Shown here: in pieces, positions 48,966 through 58,701 of the stretch
Layout of the letters: each line of letters starts with the position of its first letter
Position numbering within the stretch: the first letter of the stretch is position 1
Program-made: the position numbers and the translations under genes
Source: an uncultured archaeon
GTDB lineage: Archaea; Aenigmatarchaeota; Aenigmatarchaeia; Aenigmatarchaeales; DAIDAN01
Length of the DNA stretch: 64,000 nucleotides
Direction of reading: 5' to 3'
NCBI GenBank assembly: GCA_964545795.1
Contig: CAZJGC010000002.1
Span: 1,929 to 65,928 of the forward strand
Notes under the pieces: generated by a model
Databases searched by the model: none
Seen by the model: only the letters and a program-made list of their open reading frames with translations
Told to the model about the DNA's origin: nothing

Positions 48966-49018
48966 TTTCAATATATTTATAAATATGTCTAAATATTTCT
49001 ATTATAGAGGGATTTGAA

Positions 49019-49165
49019 ATGCCAAGTAAAAGCGTTACATTAAAAGTTGATTCTGAGTTATATGACAAATATAGAGAGTATTGTAAAAAGAAAGGTTTAA
49101 TTATTTCAAGACAATTTGAAATTTTTATTGAGAATGAATTAAAAAAGAGGTCACAAAATGAATAA
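49019..49165 (+). CDS. Ribbon-helix-helix (CopG/antitoxin-like) small protein
   Basis: Manual translation: MPSKSVTLKVDSELYDKYREYCKKKGLIISRQFEIFIENELKKRSQNE. The beta-strand then two helices fit the RHH pattern. Its stop overlaps the next gene's ATG. Confidence 0.5.
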   Translation: MPSKSVTLKVDSELYDKYREYCKKKGLIISRQFEIFIENELKKRSQNE

Positions 49166-49730
49166 TATATTCAATAATCTTGATGATGAAGAGAAAATTG
49201 TATTATATTCGCTAGGAGCTTTAAATAACACTCCGCTTAGAAGCAGAATTAAAATACAAAAATTATTATTTTTGATATCAAATGTTTTTAGTGAATATAA
49301 AGATCTTCTAGAATTTGAACCACATTTGTTTGGTCCTTATAGTGAAACTTTGGAAAATATCTTAGATGATTTAATAAAATTAGGTTTGGTTGTTAAGAAA
49401 GGAGTTAAATATGAATTAACTGAAAAAGGAAAGAAATTGTATGCACACCTTAAACCTAAGAAAGAATTAATAAAAGTTATAGAAGACTTTAAAGAATTTC
49501 TAAATGACTTGCCGGATGATGAAATCCTTGCTTTTGTATATGTAACTTATCCTGATTATATTAGTGAATCTGCCAAGTGGGATGAATTAAAAAAAGACAG
49601 AGTAGAAATTGCAATATCCTTGTTAAAGAAAGAGAAAGTTAGTTTTGGCAAAGCTGTAGAAATCTCTGGTTTAACTTCTCAAAAATTTGAAAAAATTTTA
49701 GAAGAGAGGGGCATCAAATGGAAGAAGTGA
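49158..49730 (+). CDS. Panacea (DUF4065)-like N-domain fused to a UPF0175-like antitoxin C-domain
   Basis: RSRIKIQKLLFLIS...FGPYSETL is Panacea-like. C-terminus: KVSFGKAVEISGLTSQKFEKILEERGIKW, compared with the UPF0175 consensus slgkAAElaGmsrweF.elL.erGIp. Confidence 0.5.
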   Translation: MNNIFNNLDDEEKIVLYSLGALNNTPLRSRIKIQKLLFLISNVFSEYKDLLEFEPHLFGPYSETLENILDDLIKLGLVVKKGVKYELTEKGKKLYAHLKPKKELIKVIEDFKEFLNDLPDDEILAFVYVTYPDYISESAKWDELKKDRVEIAISLLKKEKVSFGKAVEISGLTSQKFEKILEERGIKWKK

Positions 49731-50290
49731 CTACAAAGATATTGGATAATACTGTGCTCTCTGCAAGCATAAAAGAGATTAAATGTATCGATTTAATTAA
49801 GACCTGTTCTTCAAAATATAACCTTGCCACGACAGAAGAAGTCTTTGATGAGTGCCAAGATGGTTTTGATGGCATACAGATAGAAGAACAATTAAAGTTA
49901 ATTGATGTACATAATTTAATGAATAATGAAAAATACTGTGAATTAAAAGATTTTTTATTAGCCAGGTATCCTTATTTACACAAAGGGGAGATTTCATCTT
50001 TTTTATTATCTCTTTTGAAGTTTGAATTAAGTTGTATTCCATACTATTTTGTTACAGATGATAATAAAATGCGTAAGGTTGTATCGAAAATCCATGAAGA
50101 CACATTGTTTATATCAAAGCTGGGGAAAAATATTAGAAGATTTAGAATGACAGGAACTATAGGATTAATAAAGAGAATGTATATTAGAGGTATAATTTCA
50201 CAAGAAGATATTGATAAAATAATTGGAGACCTACAAAACAGTACATTTCGTATAACTCCTGATTTGATAAACTATTTGCGAGGTAGTTAA
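49718..50290 (+). CDS. DUF3368-like predicted PIN-domain nuclease (putative toxin partner of UPF0175)
   Basis: KILDNTVL..., HKGEISSFLLSL...FVTDDNKMRKV...TGTIGLIKRMYIRGIIS matches the GEaeaI...DDrkaR...GTlGvL pattern. Confidence 0.5.
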   Translation: MEEVTTKILDNTVLSASIKEIKCIDLIKTCSSKYNLATTEEVFDECQDGFDGIQIEEQLKLIDVHNLMNNEKYCELKDFLLARYPYLHKGEISSFLLSLLKFELSCIPYYFVTDDNKMRKVVSKIHEDTLFISKLGKNIRRFRMTGTIGLIKRMYIRGIISQEDIDKIIGDLQNSTFRITPDLINYLRGS

Positions 50291-50291
50291 T

Positions 50292-51368
50292 ATGAAACTA
50301 AAAGTAAAACTAGATAATATTGATGAAGAATTAATGTTTAAGAGAATTATATTTAAGGTAGGAGATAAAAAAGTCGTGACTCCAATTAAAGTTAGTCATA
50401 AACAGAATCCTATCAGTCATATAAATGAAATCTACAAAAAGTTTGATTCAATTAAACTGGATAAATGTGCGAACGATGAATCTTTTGAAAGAAAAATAAA
50501 CTCAGAATTGAAGAATTTAATGACACAAGGAATTAATGTTTGTTTAGTTGATTATGCTGACTTAAAAATACCCACTAGTGCGCAATTGGAAACTTTATCT
50601 GATTTACAATACGAGCATAGCGATATAGTTACAACACCTATTATGTCAAAGATAATGAGAGACAAAGAAATATATGTTGGAGAAAAATTAATTAATACAT
50701 TTCTTAATGTAGCGAACAAGTATATAGAGATTGTTGAAACGCTAAATAATAAATCTATTATGGGTGTGATACCTTCAAAAATACCTCGACTATTCTTAGA
50801 ACCCATAATTAAAAATTATCATAACAGAGGTGTGAACTCGTTTATCTTAGATTTGGATGGAAGGTCTATAGAAAGTAATCTTAGTTGGATAAGAAAATTG
50901 ATGAGATTATTAAAAGAATATGATTTAATAGAAGTATCTGTACTTTACACTGTTAATTCTAATAAAGGAAAGTTTATGAAAAATGCGACAGAAATATTGG
51001 CTAAGGACTTTATAAGCGCTGGCTTTGGGGCTGATATTTTAGGCCTTAACCATATTCCTCTAAGGATGCCCTCTGAAGCATGGATTAAAATAAAAATGCA
51101 AAGAAGAGAGAACACATTGAGATTATTTAATAAAAGAAGTTACGGTTATCTAAAAAAGACAGAAACAGAACTAAAACAATTAGGCCTCTATAATAGGAAT
51201 GAAATAGAAAATTTCAACATCTCAGAACAATTCAAAGAAACACAAGTTTTACAACAAAAGTTAAAAGAAGAGAACACTATAGAACCTTACATTAAATCAA
51301 AATCACAAGTTAAGGAAGATGTTATAAAGAAAATAAAGAAGATCAGATCTAATACATTCAGAAGGTAA
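50292..51368 (+). CDS. Uncharacterised 358-aa protein inside the cassette
   Basis: No recognisable motifs. Tightly packed between the DUF3368 gene (1-nt gap) and mod (4-nt gap). Confidence 0.5.
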   Translation: MKLKVKLDNIDEELMFKRIIFKVGDKKVVTPIKVSHKQNPISHINEIYKKFDSIKLDKCANDESFERKINSELKNLMTQGINVCLVDYADLKIPTSAQLETLSDLQYEHSDIVTTPIMSKIMRDKEIYVGEKLINTFLNVANKYIEIVETLNNKSIMGVIPSKIPRLFLEPIIKNYHNRGVNSFILDLDGRSIESNLSWIRKLMRLLKEYDLIEVSVLYTVNSNKGKFMKNATEILAKDFISAGFGADILGLNHIPLRMPSEAWIKIKMQRRENTLRLFNKRSYGYLKKTETELKQLGLYNRNEIENFNISEQFKETQVLQQKLKEENTIEPYIKSKSQVKEDVIKKIKKIRSNTFRR

Positions 51369-51372
51369 TAAC

Positions 51373-53871
51373 ATGGCAAGAAAGAAAATTATAAAGAAAG
51401 ATGAAATAAAACAGTACATTCATGAAGATAAACAGAGAGTGAATAATCCCCCTGTTGGCTTAGTGAGTGCAGAAACTGACAAGCTAAATGGCAAAAAAAC
51501 TTACAAGTTTGACCCACATCTTGATCCAGAACTTCAATGGGCAGGCAAAGCAGAAGGAGTCAGTTTTGAAGTTGATACTGTTTCTCTCCATGTTCATGAA
51601 AGAATAGACCCACTAACAATTATCGAAGCAGTTAAAAAGAAGGATTTAAAAGAACAACAAACACTGTTCCATTATTTTGAAAGTCCATCTGAGAATCTTC
51701 CAATTAGAGAAGCTATAGAGTTCTATAAACATTCTCATGGTTGGTCTAACAGGCTTATAGCAGGGGATTCTCTTCTTGTTATGAATTCTTTATTAGAAAA
51801 AGAAGGAATGGCTGGAAAAGTGCAAATGATTTATATTGATCCGCCCTACGGTATAAAATACAGTTCTAATTTCCAACCATTTGTCAATAAGAGAGATGTA
51901 AAAGATGGCAAAGACGAAGACTTAACTCAAGAACCAGAGATGATTAAAGCATTCAGAGATACTTGGGAATTAGGTATTCACTCCTATTTGACATATCTTA
52001 GAAATAGATTACTTTTAGCAAGAGAACTATTAACTGAAAGCGGAAGCATTTTTGTGCAGATCTCAGATGAAAATTTGCATCATGTCAGAGAAATAATGGA
52101 TGAAATTTTTGGACCAGAGAATTTTATGTACATTATTCCTTTTAGGACAGCCATTAGTACTAATATGATATATTCTATTGCAGATTTCCTTATCTGGTAT
52201 GCAAAAAATAAAAAAGAAGTAAAATTCAACAAACTATTGGATAAAAGATCTCAAGAGAATATAAACAAGACTTTTAATTGGATTGAACTATATAATGATA
52301 TAGAAAGACCTATTAAACCAAAAGAAATATCAGAAAATAATATTCCTAATGGTAAGAGATTTAAACCTGTCGATATCACTAGTAAGAGTGGTTCTGAAGA
52401 GAATTATTTCCCTATAAAGTTAAAAGGCAAAGTATTTTACCCACCTAAAGGAAAATTTTGGTTCTTTAATAAAGAAGGTTTTGAGAAACTAAAAAAAGAA
52501 AATCGTTTTGTAATTATAAACAACAAACTATATGGAAAAAAGTATGAAAGTGATTTCCCCTATATGTTACAGACAAATCTGTGGACTGATACTGCTTCAA
52601 GTACATTCTCTTCAGATAAGATTTATGTCGTTCAAACAAATACAAAAGTTGTTGAAAGGTGTATCTTAATGACTACTGATCCAGGAGATTTAGTTTTTGA
52701 TCCGACTTGCGGTTCAGGAACAACTGCTTTTGTTGCGGAAAAATGGGGTAGAAGATGGATAACTTGTGATACTTCAAGGGTTGCAATAGCATTAGCAAAG
52801 CAAAGGTTAATGACAGCTGTTTTTGATTATTATGAATTAGCTCATCCCGATGAAGGAATCTCGAGTGGTTTTAATTATAAGAAATTCAAACATAGAAGCT
52901 TAAAAGCTCTAGCTAGAAATGAGCCTTATCGTGAGACCGTTCTTTATGATCAACCAATAATTGACAAAAACAAGAAAAGAGTAACTGGTCCTTTCACTGT
53001 TGAGGCAGTTCCTTCTCAAAGAGTTTGGTCTTTTGAGGAAGTTGAAAAAGCAAGGCAAGAGGCAGATATGAGTATCGCCAGAGAAGGAGAAACAGTAAAA
53101 CAAAATGATTGGATTGACAAGATGCTTTCATCAGGAATTAGGGGAAAAGGTGGACAAATTCTTGAATTTGCAAGAATTGAATTATTACCTGGAACAAGAT
53201 GGATTCATGCAGAAGCAGAAACAAAAGACGGACAAAGAGCAGTAATATCTTTTGGTCCTGAATATGCTCCATTAGAGCAAAGACAAGTAGAGTTAGCAAT
53301 TGAAGAGGCACAAACATTAGTTCCGAAACCAAAATTAGTAATTTTTGCATCTTTCCAATTCGATCCCGAAGCTGCAAAAGATATTGATGAATTAAAATGG
53401 CCTGGCGTCACAGTCTTAAAAGCTCAAATGGATACTGATTTGCTTACAGAAGATTTGAAGAAAAAACCAAAGGATTCGCCCGCATTTTGGTTGATAGGAC
53501 AGCCTGATGTTGAACTCACTAAAAAGGGAGATAAATATATTGTTACGGTCAATGGCTTTGATTACTACAACACAAAAACTAGTGAAATTGAATCAGGAGA
53601 TGTTTCAAAAATAGCAATGTGGGAATTAGATACTGATTATGATGGAAGAAGTCTCTATCCAAGGCAGGTATTTTTCCCAATAGCTGGTTCAAAAGAAGGA
53701 TGGAGTAAACTTGCAAGAAGTCTTAAAGCACAGATTGACGAAGAACTGATTGAAAAATATAGAGGAAATGTTTCTTTACCATTCAAATTAGGAAAAAACA
53801 AACAGATTGCTGTAAAAATAATTGATGATAGAGGAATTGAATCTCTAAAAATAATAAAGGTAAGAGAATGA
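51373..53871 (+). CDS. mod: Type III restriction-modification Mod subunit (beta-class N6A/N4C DNA methyltransferase)
   Basis: Motif IV IYIDPPYGI comes before motif I FDPTCGSGTT, which is the beta-class permutation. 832 aa. Confidence 0.75.
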   Translation: MARKKIIKKDEIKQYIHEDKQRVNNPPVGLVSAETDKLNGKKTYKFDPHLDPELQWAGKAEGVSFEVDTVSLHVHERIDPLTIIEAVKKKDLKEQQTLFHYFESPSENLPIREAIEFYKHSHGWSNRLIAGDSLLVMNSLLEKEGMAGKVQMIYIDPPYGIKYSSNFQPFVNKRDVKDGKDEDLTQEPEMIKAFRDTWELGIHSYLTYLRNRLLLARELLTESGSIFVQISDENLHHVREIMDEIFGPENFMYIIPFRTAISTNMIYSIADFLIWYAKNKKEVKFNKLLDKRSQENINKTFNWIELYNDIERPIKPKEISENNIPNGKRFKPVDITSKSGSEENYFPIKLKGKVFYPPKGKFWFFNKEGFEKLKKENRFVIINNKLYGKKYESDFPYMLQTNLWTDTASSTFSSDKIYVVQTNTKVVERCILMTTDPGDLVFDPTCGSGTTAFVAEKWGRRWITCDTSRVAIALAKQRLMTAVFDYYELAHPDEGISSGFNYKKFKHRSLKALARNEPYRETVLYDQPIIDKNKKRVTGPFTVEAVPSQRVWSFEEVEKARQEADMSIAREGETVKQNDWIDKMLSSGIRGKGGQILEFARIELLPGTRWIHAEAETKDGQRAVISFGPEYAPLEQRQVELAIEEAQTLVPKPKLVIFASFQFDPEAAKDIDELKWPGVTVLKAQMDTDLLTEDLKKKPKDSPAFWLIGQPDVELTKKGDKYIVTVNGFDYYNTKTSEIESGDVSKIAMWELDTDYDGRSLYPRQVFFPIAGSKEGWSKLARSLKAQIDEELIEKYRGNVSLPFKLGKNKQIAVKIIDDRGIESLKIIKVRE

Positions 53872-56654
53872 AAACAACAAAACATCTTATAATAAACAGT
53901 CCATACGAAAAGCCTAAGAAACATCTTAAATACATAAGAGAGATCAGGCAGTTTCAATTAGTTGAAGGAAGAAGACCAGCCGGTTATGTTGTTGCATCTG
54001 AACATTCTGACAGTTTTGATGATCCTGGTTTTTTCATAGAATTACCTTTAGTAAATAAAATAAGAGAAAGGATTGATAAATGGCGCGACGCAGGATATCC
54101 TGGAATAACAAGCATAACAAGAGACCTCTTAGATTATTGGACAAACACCCAAAGAGAGATGAGATTGTTCTTTTGTCAATTAGAAGCTATTGAAACATTA
54201 ATTTGGTTGATTGAAGCTCCAGAAAATGAGAAGCAAGGTATTGAAATTCCTAATGATGGGGGTGAATTCCAAAGATTATGCTCAAAAATGGCAACAGGGA
54301 CTGGAAAAACTGTTGTTATGGCAATGCTCATTGCTTGGCAGATTTTAAATAAAGTTACTTATCCAAAAGATACGAGATTTTCTAAATATGTTCTAGTTGT
54401 AGCTCCTGGATTAACCGTTAAGAACAGGCTACAGGTGCTAAATCCTTCTGATGAAAATAACTATTACATGCAGTTTGATCTTATCCCTCCTGGAATGTTT
54501 GATAAGTTAAGACAAGGTTATGTCAAAATAATAAACTGGCACAAATTATCTTGGGAAACTGAAGAACAAATTAAAAGAAAGAAAACTGTAGATAAACGAG
54601 GGGTAAAAAGTGATGAAGCTTACACGAGGGAAGTTCTTGGAGAAATGCGAAATGCAAAAAATATTATTGTTATAAATGATGAAGCGCATCACGCATGGAG
54701 AGTAAATCCTGAAGCAGTAGGAAAATATATTAGACAAAGAGACTTAAAAGATAGTGCAGAAGAAGCTACTGTTTGGATTGGTGGATTAGATAAAATACAT
54801 AAAACTAGAAACATTTTAAAATGCTTTGACTTCTCGGCAACTCCCTTTTACCCTTCAGGAAAAAAAGCTTCAGAGGAACTTCTGTTTGGTTGGATTGTTA
54901 GTGATTTTGGGCTAAATGACGCAATAGAGTCTGGTTTGGTAAAAACTCCAAGAGTTGTTATAAGGGATGATGGAAGATTAACCACTAAAATGAAGTCAAG
55001 ATTTTATCATATATATAACGATCCTGAAGTTAAATCAGATTTAGGTCGTAAAGCAGAACCACATGAACCTTTACCTGATTTAGTCATTAATGCTTATTAT
55101 TATTTAGGTCTTGACTGGCTTGAAACTTTAAAAAAGTGGAAAGGCAAAGTCGAAACTCCTCCTGTTATGATTACAGTTTGTAATCGTACAGAAACCGCAG
55201 CCCGCCTCGAATACGCATTTAATAATGGAAAAATAAGAATTGATGAATTAAAGAACCCCGACAAAACATTAAGAATTGATTCTAAAATACTTACAGAAGC
55301 TGAGAGCAAAGAAGAATCTGCATCGGATTCAGATGAGCAAGATACAAAAAATAAATTATCAAAAAAAGATAAAGCAGAATATCTTAGATTATTAGTTGAT
55401 ACTGTTGGAAAAGTTGGAGAACCGGGAGAGCAAATCCAAAATGTTATCTCGGTTGGTATGCTTTCAGAAGGATGGGATGCAAAAACCGTTACTCATATTA
55501 TGGGTCTGAGGGCATTCTCAAGTCAATTGCTTTGTGAACAAGTTGTTGGAAGAGGATTAAGAAGAACATCTTATGAAATAAATCCAGAAACAGGGCTATT
55601 TGAACCCGAATATGTTAATATTTTCGGGGTGCCATTTACTTTCTTGCCACACGAAGGTGGTAAAGATACGCCACCAGCACCACCAAAGCCAAAAACTAGG
55701 ATTTATGTAGATCCTAATAAAAAAGAACATGAAATAAGATGGCCTAATGTAATTAGAATTAATCATGTTTATAAATCAATGTTATCATTAGATATGAAGA
55801 AAGTTAGAAGATTGGAATTAAGACCTGAAGACACGCCATTAAGAACAGAACTTGCGCCAATTGTAGAAGGAAAGCCAGATGTTACTAAACTTAGTGACAT
55901 AAATCTCGCTGACGAGCAAGTTGAAAAAATTCTGAAGGTTTTAAGAAAACAAAGATTGATTTTTGAAATATCAAGAGAAATATTTGATCAAGTAAAACCA
56001 ACATGGACTGGAAATAAAGAATATTTGTTAATCCAGCTAGTTAAAATTGTGGAGGAGTTTATAGATTCAAATAAATTGGTTATAAAAAGTAAAAGTTATC
56101 AAGATGACTTGAAAAAAAGATTACTTATTTTGTTAAATATGAATAAGATTGTACAGCATGTTTTTAATGCTATTCGATTTGAGAATACTGAAGAACTAGT
56201 GCCTATTTTTGATAAGGAAATACCAATAAAATCAACAGCAAAAATGATGACTTGGTACACTAGTAAACCTTGTGAAATTACAAAAAAATCACATATTAGT
56301 CATGTTGTTTTTGATAGTTCGTGGGAGGCTTCTGAAGCTTTTGAATTTGATAGAAATGAGAATGTCGTTTCTTGGGTAAAAAATGATCATATAGGTTTTG
56401 TTATAAATTACGTCTATAGAGGAGTTATTCACAAATATTATCCAGACTTTCTAATTAAACTAAAAAATGGAAAGATGTTAATACTGGAAGTTAAAGGAAA
56501 AGATGATCAAAAGAATAAAACAAAAAGAGAATATTTAGATGAGTGGGTCAAAGCAGTTAATGCAGATGGAAGATTTGGGAAATGGGCCTGGGACGTTTCA
56601 TTTAGAACTTCTGATATTAAAGATATAATAAATAAACATTCAAAGGAAGACTGA
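53868..56654 (+). CDS. res: Type III restriction enzyme Res subunit (SF2 helicase plus a C-terminal PD-(D/E)xK nuclease)
   Basis: MATGTGKT Walker A. VINDEAHH DEAH box. C-terminal YYPDFLIKLKNGKMLILEVKGKDD. The start overlaps the mod stop (ATGA). Confidence 0.75.
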   Translation: MKTTKHLIINSPYEKPKKHLKYIREIRQFQLVEGRRPAGYVVASEHSDSFDDPGFFIELPLVNKIRERIDKWRDAGYPGITSITRDLLDYWTNTQREMRLFFCQLEAIETLIWLIEAPENEKQGIEIPNDGGEFQRLCSKMATGTGKTVVMAMLIAWQILNKVTYPKDTRFSKYVLVVAPGLTVKNRLQVLNPSDENNYYMQFDLIPPGMFDKLRQGYVKIINWHKLSWETEEQIKRKKTVDKRGVKSDEAYTREVLGEMRNAKNIIVINDEAHHAWRVNPEAVGKYIRQRDLKDSAEEATVWIGGLDKIHKTRNILKCFDFSATPFYPSGKKASEELLFGWIVSDFGLNDAIESGLVKTPRVVIRDDGRLTTKMKSRFYHIYNDPEVKSDLGRKAEPHEPLPDLVINAYYYLGLDWLETLKKWKGKVETPPVMITVCNRTETAARLEYAFNNGKIRIDELKNPDKTLRIDSKILTEAESKEESASDSDEQDTKNKLSKKDKAEYLRLLVDTVGKVGEPGEQIQNVISVGMLSEGWDAKTVTHIMGLRAFSSQLLCEQVVGRGLRRTSYEINPETGLFEPEYVNIFGVPFTFLPHEGGKDTPPAPPKPKTRIYVDPNKKEHEIRWPNVIRINHVYKSMLSLDMKKVRRLELRPEDTPLRTELAPIVEGKPDVTKLSDINLADEQVEKILKVLRKQRLIFEISREIFDQVKPTWTGNKEYLLIQLVKIVEEFIDSNKLVIKSKSYQDDLKKRLLILLNMNKIVQHVFNAIRFENTEELVPIFDKEIPIKSTAKMMTWYTSKPCEITKKSHISHVVFDSSWEASEAFEFDRNENVVSWVKNDHIGFVINYVYRGVIHKYYPDFLIKLKNGKMLILEVKGKDDQKNKTKREYLDEWVKAVNADGRFGKWAWDVSFRTSDIKDIINKHSKED

Positions 56655-56696
56655 GACGCCCTCTCGTTTTCTAATTTTCATAGACGAAAAATCTCC
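56655..56696. repeat. Right terminal inverted repeat of the cassette
   Basis: See the mobile_element entry. Confidence 0.55.
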
Positions 56697-56928
56697 TTAT
56701 TAATATCCTCGCCAAAGGCGAGACAATCTGTGCCGAAGGCACTCCCGCGACCCATTTTTATTTCACTTAACACCCATTACCCTTACTTTTTATTTGCATA
56801 ATCCCAAAAAAGATAAACCGAGATTTTTATAAAGTCGCTTTTGATTCTCTTTTATTTTTTATTGCGCCAACAAAGTTAAGAAAGCCATATGCGATAAGTT
56901 TAAATATTATACTTTTTTATTAGTTTCT

Positions 56929-57147
56929 ATGAGTTCAAGACCAGTTGATATTTTGGAGAAGTCAAGAGGAAAGAAAGTAATAATTAAACTTAAGAATGGT
57001 TCCGACATAATAGGCTCTCTTCAGGCTTTTGATTTGCATCTGAACATATGGCTTGAAGATGCAGAAGAAGTGAAGAATGATTCAAAAACAAGGTTCGGTT
57101 CTGTGCTTGTTAGGGGAGATACTATTGTATTAATATCTCCTGAATAA
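56929..57147 (+). CDS. Sm-like archaeal protein (SmAP/LSm)
   Basis: ILEKSRGKKVIIKLKNGSDIIGSLQAFDLHLNIWLEDAEE covers the Sm1 and Sm2 motifs. Confidence 0.8.
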   Translation: MSSRPVDILEKSRGKKVIIKLKNGSDIIGSLQAFDLHLNIWLEDAEEVKNDSKTRFGSVLVRGDTIVLISPE

Positions 57148-57185
57148 ATTTTCAAATTATTTAAATGTTAAACAACTATTAAAAA

Positions 57186-57383
57186 TTGATAGTTATGACA
57201 AAGGGAACGCCAAGCAAGGGAAGGCACAATAAGACAACGCATCTAAGGTGCAGAAGATGCGGAAGAAACAGTTATCATAAGAAAGATGGAAGATGCAGCG
57301 CTTGCGGATATCCTGATGCAAAGTTAAGAAGTTATGCTTGGCAAAATAAAAAGGTCAACAGAACAAGAAAAAACAATAAGTAA
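57186..57383 (+). CDS. rpl37e: Ribosomal protein L37e
   Basis: [37 protein letters not shown]. Confidence 0.85.
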   Translation: MIVMTKGTPSKGRHNKTTHLRCRRCGRNSYHKKDGRCSACGYPDAKLRSYAWQNKKVNRTRKNNK

Positions 57384-57429
57384 TTTCTTTTTGCGCCCAA
57401 TATTTATATTTTCAAAACAAACTATTATT

Positions 57430-58701
57430 ATGTTCTCTTTTCAAATTCTGAAATACTATTCGCAGCCATTTGTGCAAAAAGCGATTCTGGAAACTGCAAA
57501 GGGAAGGGAAACTGTATGCGCAATGGAAGACAGAAGGTATATGAGAAGACCTGATACTATATTGTATGCAAGAGATATAGAAGAAAAGGTAAAGTCTGGT
57601 GCAACAAGTTTTCACTGTTCTGTAGAAAGATGGAGCCAGCCAATGCAATTGTCGCCTGACATGAAGCATGAGGAAATTGAACAGTTGCGAACAGGATGGG
57701 ATTTTATACTTGATATTGATGCAAAAGGAAAGATAGAACATGCAAGAATAGCCGCTTCAATTATTCTTGACTTCTTAAGAGATATGAATGTAAAGGCAGG
57801 CATAAAGTTTTCAGGAAGCCGCGGATTTCATATAGGAATATCCTGCAATGCATTTCCCAAAAAAATTGATTATAAGGAAACAAGAACATTGTATCCTGAA
57901 CTCCCAAGGGCAATAACATGTTTTTTAAGGGATAAGATAAGCGATTATCTTCTTGATGAACTTATAAAGGAGGAGGGAGGAGTGGCGTCTCTTGTAAAAT
58001 CTGTTGGCGGCTCAGTTTCAAGCCTTTCTCCATATATGTTTGTTGACCTTGAAAAGGAATGGGGAAACAGGCACTTGTTCAGGGCGCCGTATTCTCTTAA
58101 TGAGAAGAAATGGTTTGCTTCAGTTCCAATAAAAAGCATACATAATTTCAATATTGAGGACATGAAACCTGAAAAGGTAAAAGAATATATTCCTTTTCTT
58201 GACAATAAGGATGAGGAGGCAAGCGAACTTCTTGTGGCTGCATCCGACTGGATTAGTAAAAGGAAAAAGCATGAAAAACCCAAAGAAAAGAGGAAGATAA
58301 TAATAAAGAACAGGATTCCGGAAGAGTATTTTCCGCCGTGCATAAAAAATATACTTTCAGGTTTATCAGACTATAGAAAAAGGTCAGTATTCACATTAGC
58401 GACATTCCTGAGAAACATGAATTGGTCTAATGAAGAAATAGAAAGTCTTATGCATGAGTGGAATGAAAGAAACAAACCTCCGTTGCGCGGAATATCAAAT
58501 CAAATAAAATGGCATTTAAACCAAACAAGGAAGTTGCTTCCCGCAAATTGCAAGAGCGAATTGTTTTACGCGGAAATATGCAGACCTGACAATAATTGCA
58601 AAGGCTTAAAAAATCCTATAAATTACCCATTCAGGATTATTAAGAAAAAAACACATATAAAAATTAAAAAGAAAAATAGCAATAAGAGTGTTGCGAAATG
58701 A
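57430..58701 (+). CDS. priS: DNA primase small (catalytic) subunit PriS
   Basis: AEP motifs DFILDIDAK (DxD) and FSGSRGFHIGI (sGxRG.H). The track ORF at 57334 overlaps rpl37e; the ATG at 57430 is more plausible. Confidence 0.75.
   Translation: MFSFQILKYYSQPFVQKAILETAKGRETVCAMEDRRYMRRPDTILYARDIEEKVKSGATSFHCSVERWSQPMQLSPDMKHEEIEQLRTGWDFILDIDAKGKIEHARIAASIILDFLRDMNVKAGIKFSGSRGFHIGISCNAFPKKIDYKETRTLYPELPRAITCFLRDKISDYLLDELIKEEGGVASLVKSVGGSVSSLSPYMFVDLEKEWGNRHLFRAPYSLNEKKWFASVPIKSIHNFNIEDMKPEKVKEYIPFLDNKDEEASELLVAASDWISKRKKHEKPKEKRKIIIKNRIPEEYFPPCIKNILSGLSDYRKRSVFTLATFLRNMNWSNEEIESLMHEWNERNKPPLRGISNQIKWHLNQTRKLLPANCKSELFYAEICRPDNNCKGLKNPINYPFRIIKKKTHIKIKKKNSNKSVAK

Larger units (their letters stand above)
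48926..56696 (+). mobile_element. Inverted-repeat-bounded 7.7-kb cassette carrying a toxin-antitoxin-like module, an unknown gene and a Type III restriction-modification system. No recognisable transposase or integrase.
   Basis: Left repeat at 48926-48965: ggagatttttcgtc...gagagagggtgtc. Right repeat at 56655-56696 in reverse complement: ggagatttttcgtc...cgagagggcgtc. They share an identical 14-nt terminus and an inner block matching at 10 of 11 positions. The right repeat begins immediately after the res stop. The cassette lies between conserved translation genes. Confidence 0.5.
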
